Source: Nitrosopumilus sp. (GTDB lineage: Archaea > Thermoproteota > Nitrososphaeria > Nitrososphaerales > Nitrosopumilaceae). Taken from it: DNA of 64,000 nt. Made by a program: the position numbers and the translations under genes. The stretch covers positions 96,001 to 160,000 of the forward strand of contig OY763927.2 of assembly GCA_963667665.2 (NCBI GenBank). Direction: 5' to 3'. The notes under the pieces were generated by a model. It searched no databases. It saw only the letters and a program-made list of their open reading frames with translations, and had not been told where the DNA came from. Of the stretch, positions 1 through 9,595 are shown one piece after another. Numbering within the stretch: position 1 is the stretch's first letter; every line of letters begins with the position of its first letter.

Positions 1-1109
1 TCACCCATTCTAAGATTCTTCAATCCAGCTGCAACTGCTTTTGCACCTTCATCGTCTTTTTCAAGTCCTAATAGTGACATTAGATATGCAGCTCCTGTCT
101 TTCCTGCTAATTCCCCAAAGACAATTCTTCTTCTGTTTCCAACTGCTCTTGGGGGTATGGGCTCATAGGCTGCAGGGTTTCTAAGAATTGCTGCAAGGTG
201 TGTTCCTGCTTTGTGCTTGTATGCAGATGATCCTACAATTGGTTTTGAGTCATATGGTTTGATTGATGTATAATCTTCAATTAATCTAGACAGATCTAAC
301 AACATGTCTAATCTGAAATCGTTTGGTGATTTGTATAGATAAGTAAGTGCTACTGCAACTTCTGCAAGAGGTGGGATCCCAGTTCTTTCTCCAATACCAT
401 CAATAGTAGTATGAATCTGATCAACTCCTGCATCACATGCTGAAAAAGCATTTGCTACTGCAAATCCAATATCATTGTGAACGTGCGCATCTAATGGTAC
501 ACTTACTACCTCTCTAACTTTCTTAACAAAATTATACATTCCAATAGGGCGTAAAATTCCAACTGTATCTGGAAGACTAATTCTATCAACTCCTGCATCT
601 TCAATTGCCTTGCATACTTTGAGTAAAAATTCTGGCTCTGTTCTACTTCCGTCTTCTACTGTAAATCTAATTTTAAGACCATGAGATTTTGCATATTCTA
701 CAGTTTCTACAGCTCTGTCAAATGCCTCATCTCTTGAAATATGTAATTTATCTTTTAGATGAATATCTGAAATTCCTAAATATGCAGCACACCATTTTGC
801 ATCACAATCTAATGAAATATCAATATCTGCTTTAAGAGCACGTCCATGAGAAACAATATCTGCACTTAATCCTTGTTTGATGATTGTCTTAGTTGCCTCT
901 TTATGATCTTTTGATATAACTGGCGAGATTTCAATTTGATCAACTCCAAAATAATCTAACATCCATGCAATCTGTATTCTTTGTTTGTTTGTAAATGAAA
1001 CACCTGGATGTTGTTCCCCTTCTCTTAGCGTACTGTCTAAAATTCTAATCTTCTTTGGATTTTTTTCATATGCGTTATAGATATTCGCATAGTGATTCGG
1101 ATCATTCAT
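1..1109 (-). CDS. Homocitrate synthase / LeuA-family (DRE-TIM) enzyme, 3'-truncated by window edge; not in ORF track
   Basis: Hand translation from ATG at 1109: MNDPNHYANIYNAYEKNPKKIRILDSTLREGEQHPGVSF; further motifs HVHNDIG, GIGERTG and HKAGTH; sits in the lys/arg cluster. Confidence 0.9.
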   Translation of the reverse strand, partial: MNDPNHYANIYNAYEKNPKKIRILDSTLREGEQHPGVSFTNKQRIQIAWMLDYFGVDQIEISPVISKDHKEATKTIIKQGLSADIVSHGRALKADIDISLDCDAKWCAAYLGISDIHLKDKLHISRDEAFDRAVETVEYAKSHGLKIRFTVEDGSRTEPEFLLKVCKAIEDAGVDRISLPDTVGILRPIGMYNFVKKVREVVSVPLDAHVHNDIGFAVANAFSACDAGVDQIHTTIDGIGERTGIPPLAEVAVALTYLYKSPNDFRLDMLLDLSRLIEDYTSIKPYDSKPIVGSSAYKHKAGTHLAAILRNPAAYEPIPPRAVGNRRRIVFGELAGKTGAAYLMSLLGLEKDDEGAKAVAAGLKNLRMG

Positions 1110-1136
1110 TACTGAAATCGTTGACCTAAATTGAGA

Positions 1137-1162
1137 ATATAAATATATTCGTACTAGGTTCG
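1137..1162 (-). promoter_or_regulatory. TATA box of the homocitrate synthase gene with an adjacent near-palindrome (candidate LysM site)
   Basis: Minus-strand ATATTTATA about 30 nt upstream of the ATG; CGTAC-TAG-GTTCG at 1150-1162 lies directly upstream. Confidence 0.35.
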
Positions 1163-1225
1163 TTGAAAATAAGTAATATTGATCCTAATCTAGTTTTGAA
1201 TTGAAATTATGAAACGAAAGTCGTT

Positions 1226-1645
1226 TTAGATTACTTTCTTCAAAATAATTACAGTATTTGTATCAACTACACCTGGAATCTTTCTTAACGCATCAATACT
1301 ATTATTAATTTCAGCAATTGTTGCTGCACTAATAATTACTGTAATGTCATATTGACCTGTAATTTCATAAACTGTTTTCACTCCTTCTAATTTTGTAAGT
1401 TTTGCAGAAACTTTGGATGTGTCTGTTGCAGAATCAACTGAAACTAAAACAATTGCACTAGTAGCATTTTCTTCACCAAGTTCCAAAGTAAATTTTTTAA
1501 TTACTCCACTTCCTAATAGATTTTTTACCCGTCTTCTTACAGCTGATTCAGAAAGTTTTAGTTTTTTTCCAATGTCTACAAATGATTCTCTAGAGTTTTC
1601 TTTTAGATATTCTATGATCTTTTCGTCTACTTTATCTCTGTACAT
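1226..1645 (-). CDS. lysM: Lrp/AsnC-family regulator LysM
   Basis: N-terminal HTH (SESAVRRRVKNL), RAM domain (ITGQYDI), position in lys cluster. Confidence 0.88.
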   Translation of the reverse strand: MYRDKVDEKIIEYLKENSRESFVDIGKKLKLSESAVRRRVKNLLGSGVIKKFTLELGEENATSAIVLVSVDSATDTSKVSAKLTKLEGVKTVYEITGQYDITVIISAATIAEINNSIDALRKIPGVVDTNTVIILKKVI

Positions 1646-2819
1646 TACGTTTTTGCTCCTCTTCTGTTAGTATAGAATCAAGAGCATGTAAAACTTTTGT
1701 TATGTCTTCTTCAGATATTACTAATGGTGGAAGAATTCTTAGTATATTTCGTCCAGAGTATAACATCAGAATACCATCTTTTATTAACCCCATTAGAATA
1801 TCTTTGATTTCAAATTTCATCTCTATTCCTATCATGAGTCCTTTACCACGAATTTCTCTAATCATCATATGTTTTTCTTTTAATTTCTCTAATCCTTCTC
1901 TGAAAATTTTCCCCATCTTCTCAGAATTCTCAATCAATCCATCTTCTGTTAATGCTTTAAGAGCTGCAATCCCTGCTGCACAAGAAATTGGGTTTCCTCC
2001 AAATGTTGAAGAGTGTTCTCCTTTACTCATTGAAGAGAGAATGTCTGGTCTTACAAGAGTTACACCCATTGGTACTCCTCCTGCTATTCCTTTTGCAAGA
2101 CATAAAATATCTGGCGCAGTATTCCAATGATCACAAGCCCATAATCGTCCAGTTCTACCTAAACCAGCTTGTATTTCGTCAAAAATTAACAGAATTCCTT
2201 TCTCATCGCAAAGTTTTCTTACTTCTTGTAAAAATCCATCAGGTGCAACAATAATTCCACTCTCTCCTTGTATTGGTTCTAAAATTACAAATGCTGTATC
2301 GTCATCAATTACTGAACGAAGTGATTCAATATCTCCAAAAGATGCAAAAGAAACTTTTTCAACAAGTGGTTGAAATGGTTTTCTATATTTTGGATTGAAT
2401 GTTAATGACAAAGCACCAAAAGATTTTCCGTGATAGGAACCTTTCATTGCAACCATTCCTTTTTTACCTGTAAACTTTCTTGCAAACTTTATTGCAGCTT
2501 CAATTGCTTCTGCTCCACTATTGTTTAGATGAACTTGTGTGAGTCCTTTTGGAGCTAGTCCAATAAGCAATTTCAAAAACTCTTCTCTTGTTTTGTTGTA
2601 TAATGAACTATGAACTGTGATAATTTTATCAAGTTGTTCTTTTATTGCATTGTTGACTCTTTGATTTTGATGACCTACTAGTGCTACACCATATCCTCCC
2701 ATACAGTCAATGTACTCTTTTCCATCTACATCCCATACATGAGCTCCAACTCCTTTTTCAATTGTAACTGGAAATCTCTGATAGAGATTTCCCATAAATT
2801 GATCTTCACTCATGTTCAA
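1632..2819 (-). CDS. lysJ: [LysW]-aminoadipate/glutamate semialdehyde aminotransferase (ArgD/LysJ)
   Basis: Class III PLP motifs FDEIQAGLGRTG, LAKGIAGG, STFGGNP. Confidence 0.93.
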   Translation of the reverse strand: MNMSEDQFMGNLYQRFPVTIEKGVGAHVWDVDGKEYIDCMGGYGVALVGHQNQRVNNAIKEQLDKIITVHSSLYNKTREEFLKLLIGLAPKGLTQVHLNNSGAEAIEAAIKFARKFTGKKGMVAMKGSYHGKSFGALSLTFNPKYRKPFQPLVEKVSFASFGDIESLRSVIDDDTAFVILEPIQGESGIIVAPDGFLQEVRKLCDEKGILLIFDEIQAGLGRTGRLWACDHWNTAPDILCLAKGIAGGVPMGVTLVRPDILSSMSKGEHSSTFGGNPISCAAGIAALKALTEDGLIENSEKMGKIFREGLEKLKEKHMMIREIRGKGLMIGIEMKFEIKDILMGLIKDGILMLYSGRNILRILPPLVISEEDITKVLHALDSILTEEEQKRNVQR

Positions 2820-3609
2820 TCACCGTACAATTATCATGTGCAATTGCAGAAGATATTGGATTTTCTTTCTGGCCATTTGCAATCAATGCTTCTTTAACAC
2901 CCATGTCTAGTGCTTCAGTAGCTGCTAAAATCTTCTTCTCCATTCCTAGTCCTATTTTTGGTCTGATTTCTTTTGCTTCAGCTAATGTAAGTTTTGGAAC
3001 AAGTTTGTCATCCATTAATAGTCCGTCAACATCTGTAATGAATAATACTTTGTCACAACCTACTTTTCCAGCTACATATGCTGCAGCTCTATCTCCATCG
3101 ACATTAAGAAATTCTGATTCTTCACTAATTGCTATAGGTGAAATAACAGGTATAAGTCCTTGTTCTAAGAGTAATTTTATGAATTTAGAGTTTACATTGG
3201 TAATTTTTCCAGTGTAGCCTCCATCAATTGCTTGTTTCCTACCTTTTTCATTGATTATGAGAAGTTTCTTTTTTCTGTCAGCTTCTATAACTTTGGCATC
3301 AACTCCAGAAAGACCGATTGCGTTAATCCCATTTTTCTGAAGTAACTGCACAATTGTCTTGTTTACTCTACCAGACATTACCATTGTAAAAATTTCAGCA
3401 GTCTCTTTGTCAGTGTATCTACTTTTGATTCCACTAGGTGATGTTACAAATTTTGGTTCTTTTCCAAGTTGTTTACAAACTTTTGTAACTTCTTTTCCAC
3501 CACCATGAACTAAAATCACACCTTCTGATTCTATTGTTTTTTTAATGTCTGCAATTGTAGATGGATGTAAATTATCTACTACGCTTCCACCAATTTTGAT
3601 TGTGATCAT
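2806..3609 (-). CDS. lysZ: [LysW]-aminoadipate/glutamate kinase (ArgB/LysZ)
   Basis: IKIGGS, VHGGG, NVDGD amino-acid kinase motifs. Confidence 0.93.
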   Translation of the reverse strand: MITIKIGGSVVDNLHPSTIADIKKTIESEGVILVHGGGKEVTKVCKQLGKEPKFVTSPSGIKSRYTDKETAEIFTMVMSGRVNKTIVQLLQKNGINAIGLSGVDAKVIEADRKKKLLIINEKGRKQAIDGGYTGKITNVNSKFIKLLLEQGLIPVISPIAISEESEFLNVDGDRAAAYVAGKVGCDKVLFITDVDGLLMDDKLVPKLTLAEAKEIRPKIGLGMEKKILAATEALDMGVKEALIANGQKENPISSAIAHDNCTVIEHE

Positions 3610-3611
3610 TT

Positions 3612-4658
3612 CTAAACAGGAGTTAGTGGAGTGTATCGTAGTCCATCCATTTCATCAAAACCACACATTATGTTCATATTTTGAATTGCTGAACCTGCTG
3701 CACCTTTCATCAAGTTATCTGATGCTGATAATGCAATCAATCTGTTGTTATCCTCATCTATATCAAATCCAATATCACAAAAGTTTGAACCAACCAAGAA
3801 CTTTGGATCTGGGAATTTGTATAATCCCTTTTTATCACGAATAAGCCTGATAAATTTTTCATCACCATAAGCTTGACGATACAATTTCCACAATTCTTTT
3901 TCATCTATTTCTTTTTGCATGAACGTATGGTTTGTACATAAAATTCCACGAACTACATCAACTGCATGTGGACTCATAGATACTTTGATCTTCTTTCCAG
4001 CAATTTGGCTAAGTTCTTGTTCAATTTCACCAGTGTGTCTATGCTTTGCTGGTTTGTATGGCCTAATCACTCCTGCTCTCATTGCATGTGCAGTTCCAGA
4101 ACCAGAACCTGCACCCGAAGACCCAATCTTTGAATCTACAATAATGTGTTCAGTATCAATAATGTTATTTCGAATTAATGGAGCCAGTGCTAGTATTGAT
4201 GTAACTGCCATGCAGCCAGGACAAGAAACAAGTTGTGATTTTTTGATTTCTTCTCTATGTAATTCAGGAACTCCAAAAACTGATTTTTCTAAATAATCTG
4301 GATGTGGATGCTCCCATCCATACCATTTGTCATAATCTTCTTGATTATGTAATCTGTAATCAGCACTCAAATCAATTATTTTCATACCTCTGTCATATAG
4401 TGCCTTTACAATTTCAGTTGCAGTACCGTGTGGAACAGCTGTGAACACTAGATCACATTTGTCAGTTAATTTATCATAATCCAATTCTGAGAAAGTAAGA
4501 TCTGTAAATCCTTTCAAGCTTGGTTGTACTCTATGAAGATATTCACCGACATGCTGTCTTGATGTCACCATGGCTATCTCAACATCTGGATGGTTAACAA
4601 GAAGACGAAGTGTCTCTCCGCCTACATATCCTGATGCTCCTACAATACCTACTTTCAT
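3612..4658 (-). CDS. lysY: [LysW]-aminoadipyl/glutamyl-phosphate reductase (ArgC/LysY)
   Basis: GASGYVG Rossmann, DLSADYRL, PGC catalytic Cys, DNLMKGAAG; SD GGAGG at 4665-4669. Confidence 0.94.
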   Translation of the reverse strand: MKVGIVGASGYVGGETLRLLVNHPDVEIAMVTSRQHVGEYLHRVQPSLKGFTDLTFSELDYDKLTDKCDLVFTAVPHGTATEIVKALYDRGMKIIDLSADYRLHNQEDYDKWYGWEHPHPDYLEKSVFGVPELHREEIKKSQLVSCPGCMAVTSILALAPLIRNNIIDTEHIIVDSKIGSSGAGSGSGTAHAMRAGVIRPYKPAKHRHTGEIEQELSQIAGKKIKVSMSPHAVDVVRGILCTNHTFMQKEIDEKELWKLYRQAYGDEKFIRLIRDKKGLYKFPDPKFLVGSNFCDIGFDIDEDNNRLIALSASDNLMKGAAGSAIQNMNIMCGFDEMDGLRYTPLTPV

Positions 4659-4686
4659 GATAAACCTCCTCGTTATGGAGTATAAT

Positions 4687-5544
4687 TTATTTCCTAACGT
4701 AGTTTAGCGCAAATTCTATCATTTCTTTTGGAATGTTTCGTTTTGCAACTCTAGCCAATCCTTTGAATTCAACTGTATTGTTAACTTCGTGTACAACTAG
4801 ACCTCTCTTATCGTCTTCCATCATATCTATTCCTAAAATTCCACCACCCATGGCCTTTGATGCTTTTGTTGCCATATCCTCCATTTCTTTTGTGATCTCA
4901 CAAAGTTCTGGTTCTGCTCCAAGTGCTATGTTTGTCTTAAAACCACCTGATGATTTTCTGTACATGGCTGCAATAGGTTCATCTCCTACAGTGATTACTC
5001 TGATATCTCTTGGTGGTCTTTTGATTAATTCTTGCAAGTAGTAAATTCTATCATGTGGACTATCTGTAATTTGTCTTATTTCAATAACTGCATCCATTGT
5101 ATCTTTATCTTTAATTTGCATTACACCTCTACCCCAACTCCCTATCACTGGTTTGATAACTAGTGGGTATCCAACTTTTTCTAAATTCTTTGTTGCACCT
5201 TCACTTGAAAATGAAAAGTATGTTTTTGGTGTTGGAATATTTTTTTTTTTTAAAAGTAAAGTCATAAACATTTTGTTTCCACAAACATTTGCAACATCAA
5301 ATTTGTTTAGAACTGGAATATCCATAAATTCTAGACTTGCAGTAAAGTGAAGTCCTCTAAAATAACTAACACATCTTTCTAAAACAATATCCCCAAAATC
5401 ATAATCTTCTCTTTTACTATCTGTGTTAACTTGAGTTATCTTTGCATCTAACATCACTGCTTTATGCCCTAGTTTTTCTGCCTCTTTTTGAAGCATCTTT
5501 TCTTCCGTTCTCAGACGGTCAAACACGATACATACTTTTGACAT
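4687..5544 (-). CDS. argX: RimK-like ATP-grasp LysW ligase (ArgX/LysX; NIALG/EFKG residues and argG context favour ArgX)
   Basis: KPVIGSWGR, DIRV, HEVN motifs; start overlaps the lysW stop (TAATG). Confidence 0.8.
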   Translation of the reverse strand: MSKVCIVFDRLRTEEKMLQKEAEKLGHKAVMLDAKITQVNTDSKREDYDFGDIVLERCVSYFRGLHFTASLEFMDIPVLNKFDVANVCGNKMFMTLLLKKKNIPTPKTYFSFSSEGATKNLEKVGYPLVIKPVIGSWGRGVMQIKDKDTMDAVIEIRQITDSPHDRIYYLQELIKRPPRDIRVITVGDEPIAAMYRKSSGGFKTNIALGAEPELCEITKEMEDMATKASKAMGGGILGIDMMEDDKRGLVVHEVNNTVEFKGLARVAKRNIPKEMIEFALNYVRK

Positions 5545-5711
5545 TACTCTCCCCAGTCTTCGCCTACGGTTTCTGCTTGTTTAAGCTCTAAATTTGATCC
5601 ATCTTTTTTAGCGATTTCAAAGTCAGCGCCACAATCAGGACAGGAGATTATTTCTCCCACTGAGGCATCGTCTGGAATGTTTAATGCTGCATCACATTCT
5701 GGGCAGTTCAT
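5544..5711 (-). CDS. lysW: Amino-group carrier protein LysW (55 aa; missing from ORF track)
   Basis: MNCPECDAALNIPDDASVGEIISCPDCGADFEIAKKDGSNLELKQAETVGEDWGE; two CPxC and C-terminal EDWGE. Confidence 0.97.
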   Translation of the reverse strand: MNCPECDAALNIPDDASVGEIISCPDCGADFEIAKKDGSNLELKQAETVGEDWGE

Positions 5712-6907
5712 ATTTTTTTTGACCTTCTCTTTTGTAATTTATTAGCTTCTGTTGTCTGCATTCCCCATAATTCTATAAATCCTTTGGCTAATCTCTGATC
5801 AAATGTTGACTCTGAACCATAAGTGACGATACCATGATTGTATAATGAATTATTAGATTTTCTTCCAACGACCCTTAGGCTTCCTTTGTACAACTTTAGT
5901 TTCACACTTCCTGATACTGGCTTTTGTGATGCCTCGATAAACCCATCTAGGTCTGTTTTTAGTGGGTCCTGCCAAAGCCCAGAATACACCAAGTATGCCC
6001 ATTCATCATCAATTAGGGATTTGAATTTATTTTCATGTTTTGTATGAACCATCTTTTCTAAATCAGCATGTGCTTCAATCAAACAAGTGGCTGCAGGAGT
6101 TTCATATACTTCACGGGATTTAATTCCAACAACTCTGTCTTCAATATGATCTACTATTCCGACACCTGCGGCACCCGCTTTTTTGTTAATATATTCAATT
6201 AATTTTTGAGAATCCATAATTTTATCATCAACTTTAACTGGAATTCCTTTTTCAAATTTAATTTCTAAATACGTTGGTTTGTCTGGCAAATTTTTTGTTT
6301 TAACCCAAATGAATGCATCATCAGGAGGTTCCTTGTATGGATCTTCTAGTACTCCACCTTCAATTGCACGTCCCCACAAGTTTTGATCAATACTGAATTT
6401 TTTTGCCACAGCATCAATTTCAATTCCATGTTTCTTTGCAAACTTTAATTCAGTATCCCTATCCAAGTTTTTGTCTCGAATTGGAGCAATGATTGGTAGG
6501 TTAGAACCAGATTGTAATGTGATATCAAATCGCACTTGATCATTTCCTTTACCTGAACATCCATGTGCTAACGATGTTACTTTTTCTTTTTTTGCAATCT
6601 CTAAAACTTTCTCTGCAATTAGTGGTCTTGCAAGTGCTGTTGCAAGACAATATTTTTTTTGATAAAGTGCATTGGCTTTAATTGATGGAAAAATATAGTC
6701 TTTGACAAATTCTTTTCGTGCATCAATGTTGTAATGTTTTTTCACACCCAGTTTTTTTGCTTTAGCTGCAATTTTTTTACTATCATCACCTTGTCCAACA
6801 TCTACTGTAACTGTAATGACATCCATGTCATGTTCTTCTTGTAGATATTTTACAACCACTGAAGTATCTAGTCCTCCAGAGAATGCAAGAATTCCTTTTT
6901 GAGTCAT
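5708..6907 (-). CDS. argG: Argininosuccinate synthase
   Basis: LAFSGGLDTS, HGCSGKGNDQVRF, SIDQNLWG, GIKSREVYE. Confidence 0.97.
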   Translation of the reverse strand: MTQKGILAFSGGLDTSVVVKYLQEEHDMDVITVTVDVGQGDDSKKIAAKAKKLGVKKHYNIDARKEFVKDYIFPSIKANALYQKKYCLATALARPLIAEKVLEIAKKEKVTSLAHGCSGKGNDQVRFDITLQSGSNLPIIAPIRDKNLDRDTELKFAKKHGIEIDAVAKKFSIDQNLWGRAIEGGVLEDPYKEPPDDAFIWVKTKNLPDKPTYLEIKFEKGIPVKVDDKIMDSQKLIEYINKKAGAAGVGIVDHIEDRVVGIKSREVYETPAATCLIEAHADLEKMVHTKHENKFKSLIDDEWAYLVYSGLWQDPLKTDLDGFIEASQKPVSGSVKLKLYKGSLRVVGRKSNNSLYNHGIVTYGSESTFDQRLAKGFIELWGMQTTEANKLQKRRSKKI

Positions 6908-6949
6908 GAAACATCTTTCCCGTCGTATTTTGGAATTTATCTTTTGTGT

Positions 6950-6990
6950 TAGGCTGGAATTTAATTTTCTGAAAAAAAAATTTCAGCCTA
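6950..6990. repeat. 13-bp inverted repeat (1 mismatch, 15-nt spacer) between divergent argG and ABC transporter genes
   Basis: TAGGCTGGAATTT 6950-6962 and AAATTTCAGCCTA 6978-6990. Confidence 0.7.
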
Positions 6991-7041
6991 GCTTGAGCTA
7001 AAATTCGATGATTATTTAACCGCCAAATATAACGCTGTTTT

Positions 7042-8064
7042 ATGAAAACCAGATCGTCAATTTCTGTAGGTATTGCAGGAATTGTGTTACTATCTGTATT
7101 GGGAATTACTCTTTCTAGTGATTCTACGCATGATCCTAAACTTCGTATTGCCTATTTTCCAAACATTGGCCATGCCATTCCAATAGTAGGAATAGAAAAA
7201 GGATTCTTTGAAGAAAGCATTGGAGATCAAGCTAAAATTGAAACCAGAGTTTTTGATAGTGGACCACAGGCAATAGAAGCCTTGTTTGCTAATTCTATTG
7301 ATGTTGCATATGTTGGACCAGGCCCTGCAATTAACGGATTTTTGAATTCGGAGAATCATAACGTAAAGATTCTTGCTGGTGCTGCAAGTGGTGGTGCTAG
7401 CTTTATTGTTCATCCAAACTCTGAAATAAATTCTGCTTCTGACTTTGCAGGGAAAAAAATTGCTACCCCTCAAATTGGTAATACACAAGATGTGTCACTG
7501 CGTCATTATCTTTCTGAAAATGGATTAAAACCAGCAGAAAAAGGTGGGTCTGTAATAGTTTACAATATTTCAAATCCTGATATCTATACACTATTTGTAA
7601 AAGGAGATATTGATGGTGCATGGGTTCCAGAGCCTTGGGCTACAATTTTAGAAACTGAGCTTGGTGGAAAACGATTATTCCATGAAGAAGAACTATGGCC
7701 AAACAACGAGTTTGCTTCTGTTCTTATAATTGCAAATGCAGATTATGTTGAAAAAAATAAAACATTAATGAATAATTTTTTAAATTCTCATCGTGAAACA
7801 GCAATCTGGATTAATCAACATCCAGTTGAAACTAGAATTGTCTTTAATGATTTTTTAAATTCTTATTTAGGTCAGTCTTTGTCTGATGATGTTGTAGATA
7901 TTGCATTATCTAATCTTGTAATTACCGCAGACCCATTACCTGATTCCATTTTTTCCTTTGCTGAAAGAGCTGATGCGCTAGGATATCTAGGAAGAAATGG
8001 ATATGATCTGTCTGAAATTTTTCTCTATTATGATATTAATCTAGTAGTGGAGGAAGATACGTAG
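7042..8064 (+). CDS. ABC transporter substrate-binding protein, SsuA/NitT (sulfonate/nitrate) family
   Basis: N-terminal anchor; YVGPGPA, PQIGNTQD, WVPEPW motifs. Confidence 0.88.
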   Translation: MKTRSSISVGIAGIVLLSVLGITLSSDSTHDPKLRIAYFPNIGHAIPIVGIEKGFFEESIGDQAKIETRVFDSGPQAIEALFANSIDVAYVGPGPAINGFLNSENHNVKILAGAASGGASFIVHPNSEINSASDFAGKKIATPQIGNTQDVSLRHYLSENGLKPAEKGGSVIVYNISNPDIYTLFVKGDIDGAWVPEPWATILETELGGKRLFHEEELWPNNEFASVLIIANADYVEKNKTLMNNFLNSHRETAIWINQHPVETRIVFNDFLNSYLGQSLSDDVVDIALSNLVITADPLPDSIFSFAERADALGYLGRNGYDLSEIFLYYDINLVVEEDT

Positions 8065-8829
8065 ATGACTAAGTTAGAGGCAAAAAATATTGTAAAGTTC
8101 TTTAGCCATGACTCTCACAAACTCGAGGCACTTGGTGGTATTAACCTAAAAGTTGAGGCTGGCGATTTTGTATGTTTAGTAGGCCCATCAGGTTGTGGGA
8201 AATCGACATTTTTACGCATAATTGCAGGCTTGGAGAAACCCGATACGGGTGAAATCATCTTTGATGGTCATCCCGTTACTGAGACTAGTCCAGAGAGAAT
8301 TATGGTATTTCAGGAGGGTGCACTATTTCCATGGCTTACAGTTCAAGATAATGTAGAATTTGGATTAAAGATGGCAGGTATTCCAAAGGAGGAGAGAGCA
8401 AAGATATCGAATAGATATCTGGATATGATGCAACTAACAAAATTTGCAAATTCTTACACTTACCAACTTTCAACTGGAATGAAACAGCGTGTAGCTATTG
8501 CTAGAGCACTTGTAATGGATCCTGATGTGTTACTAATGGATGAACCATTTGCAGCACTTGATGCACAAACTCGTGATTTACTTTTAGTTGAAATGCAACT
8601 AATTTGGGAAAAGACAAAGAAGACAATTTTGTTTGTTACTCATAATGTTGCAGAAGCTACAGTTCTTGGAAATAAAATTGCTGTTTTCAGTAATCGTCCA
8701 TCAATAATCAAAAAAGAATTTGAAAATAATTTTCCACGACCTAGAGTTACTGAAGATGAATCATTACTCAAACTACAACAAGACATCTTAGCAGAACTTA
8801 GACCTGAGGTAAAGAAAAACAAAGAGTGA
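8065..8829 (+). CDS. ABC transporter ATPase (SsuB/TauB-like)
   Basis: GPSGCGKST, LSTGMKQR, LMDEPFAALD, VTH. Confidence 0.93.
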   Translation: MTKLEAKNIVKFFSHDSHKLEALGGINLKVEAGDFVCLVGPSGCGKSTFLRIIAGLEKPDTGEIIFDGHPVTETSPERIMVFQEGALFPWLTVQDNVEFGLKMAGIPKEERAKISNRYLDMMQLTKFANSYTYQLSTGMKQRVAIARALVMDPDVLLMDEPFAALDAQTRDLLLVEMQLIWEKTKKTILFVTHNVAEATVLGNKIAVFSNRPSIIKKEFENNFPRPRVTEDESLLKLQQDILAELRPEVKKNKE

Positions 8830-9593
8830 TTGCGATGGGAAAAAATTTTACACCACATAGAATTGCATTTTACGTTGGAATCATTGTAATTTGGCAAATT
8901 ATTTCAATGGTTGGAGTTTGGCCTGATAATATCTTTCCATCTCCATATGAAGTAGCTGAAGACTTGGCATATAGTGCAGCAGATGGTAGCTTGTTTTATG
9001 GAATTGTAACAAGCATGTGGAGATTAGCAATTGGATTGACAATTGCAATTAGTGGAGGAGTTGTCTTAGGAATTTTCATGGCTAGAATTGAGGTAATCAA
9101 CCAAACTGTTGGCTCTTTAGTTTTAGGATTACAATCAATTCCTTCAATTGCATGGGTTCCACTTGCAATTCTTTGGTTTGGATTTACAGCTGGTGGAATT
9201 ATTTTTGTTACTGCAATTGGAGCAATCTTTGCAGTTACTATAAACACCTACACTGGAGTCAAAAATATTGATCCTCACTATATTGAGGCTGCAAGAAATA
9301 TGGGAGCAAAGGGAAGTCAGCTAATTACAGCGGTATTGATTCCTGCAGCATTTCCATACATGATTTCTGGCTTTAAACAGGGTTGGGCTTTTGCATGGAG
9401 AGGCGTAATTGGCGCTGAATTGTTATTTTCTTTCCTAGGACTTGGATTCCTACTTAATGCAGGACGTTCCCTAAATGATGTCTCACAAGTCATTTCAATA
9501 ATGATTGTGATAATGATAATTGGTCTTGTAATTGATAGTCTTGTATTCAAAAAACTAGAAAACAAAGTAATGTCCAGATGGGGATTACAATAA
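8826..9593 (+). CDS. ABC transporter permease (SsuC/TauC-like)
   Basis: Multiple TM helices, EAARNMGA (EAA loop), overlaps ATPase stop. Confidence 0.92.
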   Translation: MIAMGKNFTPHRIAFYVGIIVIWQIISMVGVWPDNIFPSPYEVAEDLAYSAADGSLFYGIVTSMWRLAIGLTIAISGGVVLGIFMARIEVINQTVGSLVLGLQSIPSIAWVPLAILWFGFTAGGIIFVTAIGAIFAVTINTYTGVKNIDPHYIEAARNMGAKGSQLITAVLIPAAFPYMISGFKQGWAFAWRGVIGAELLFSFLGLGFLLNAGRSLNDVSQVISIMIVIMIIGLVIDSLVFKKLENKVMSRWGLQ

Positions 9594-9595
9594 TT

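Noticed and set aside
5240-5251. 12-T homopolymer in argX/lysX as a phase-variation switch
   Set aside because: Frame intact (LKKKN); long A/T runs are common in this AT-rich genome
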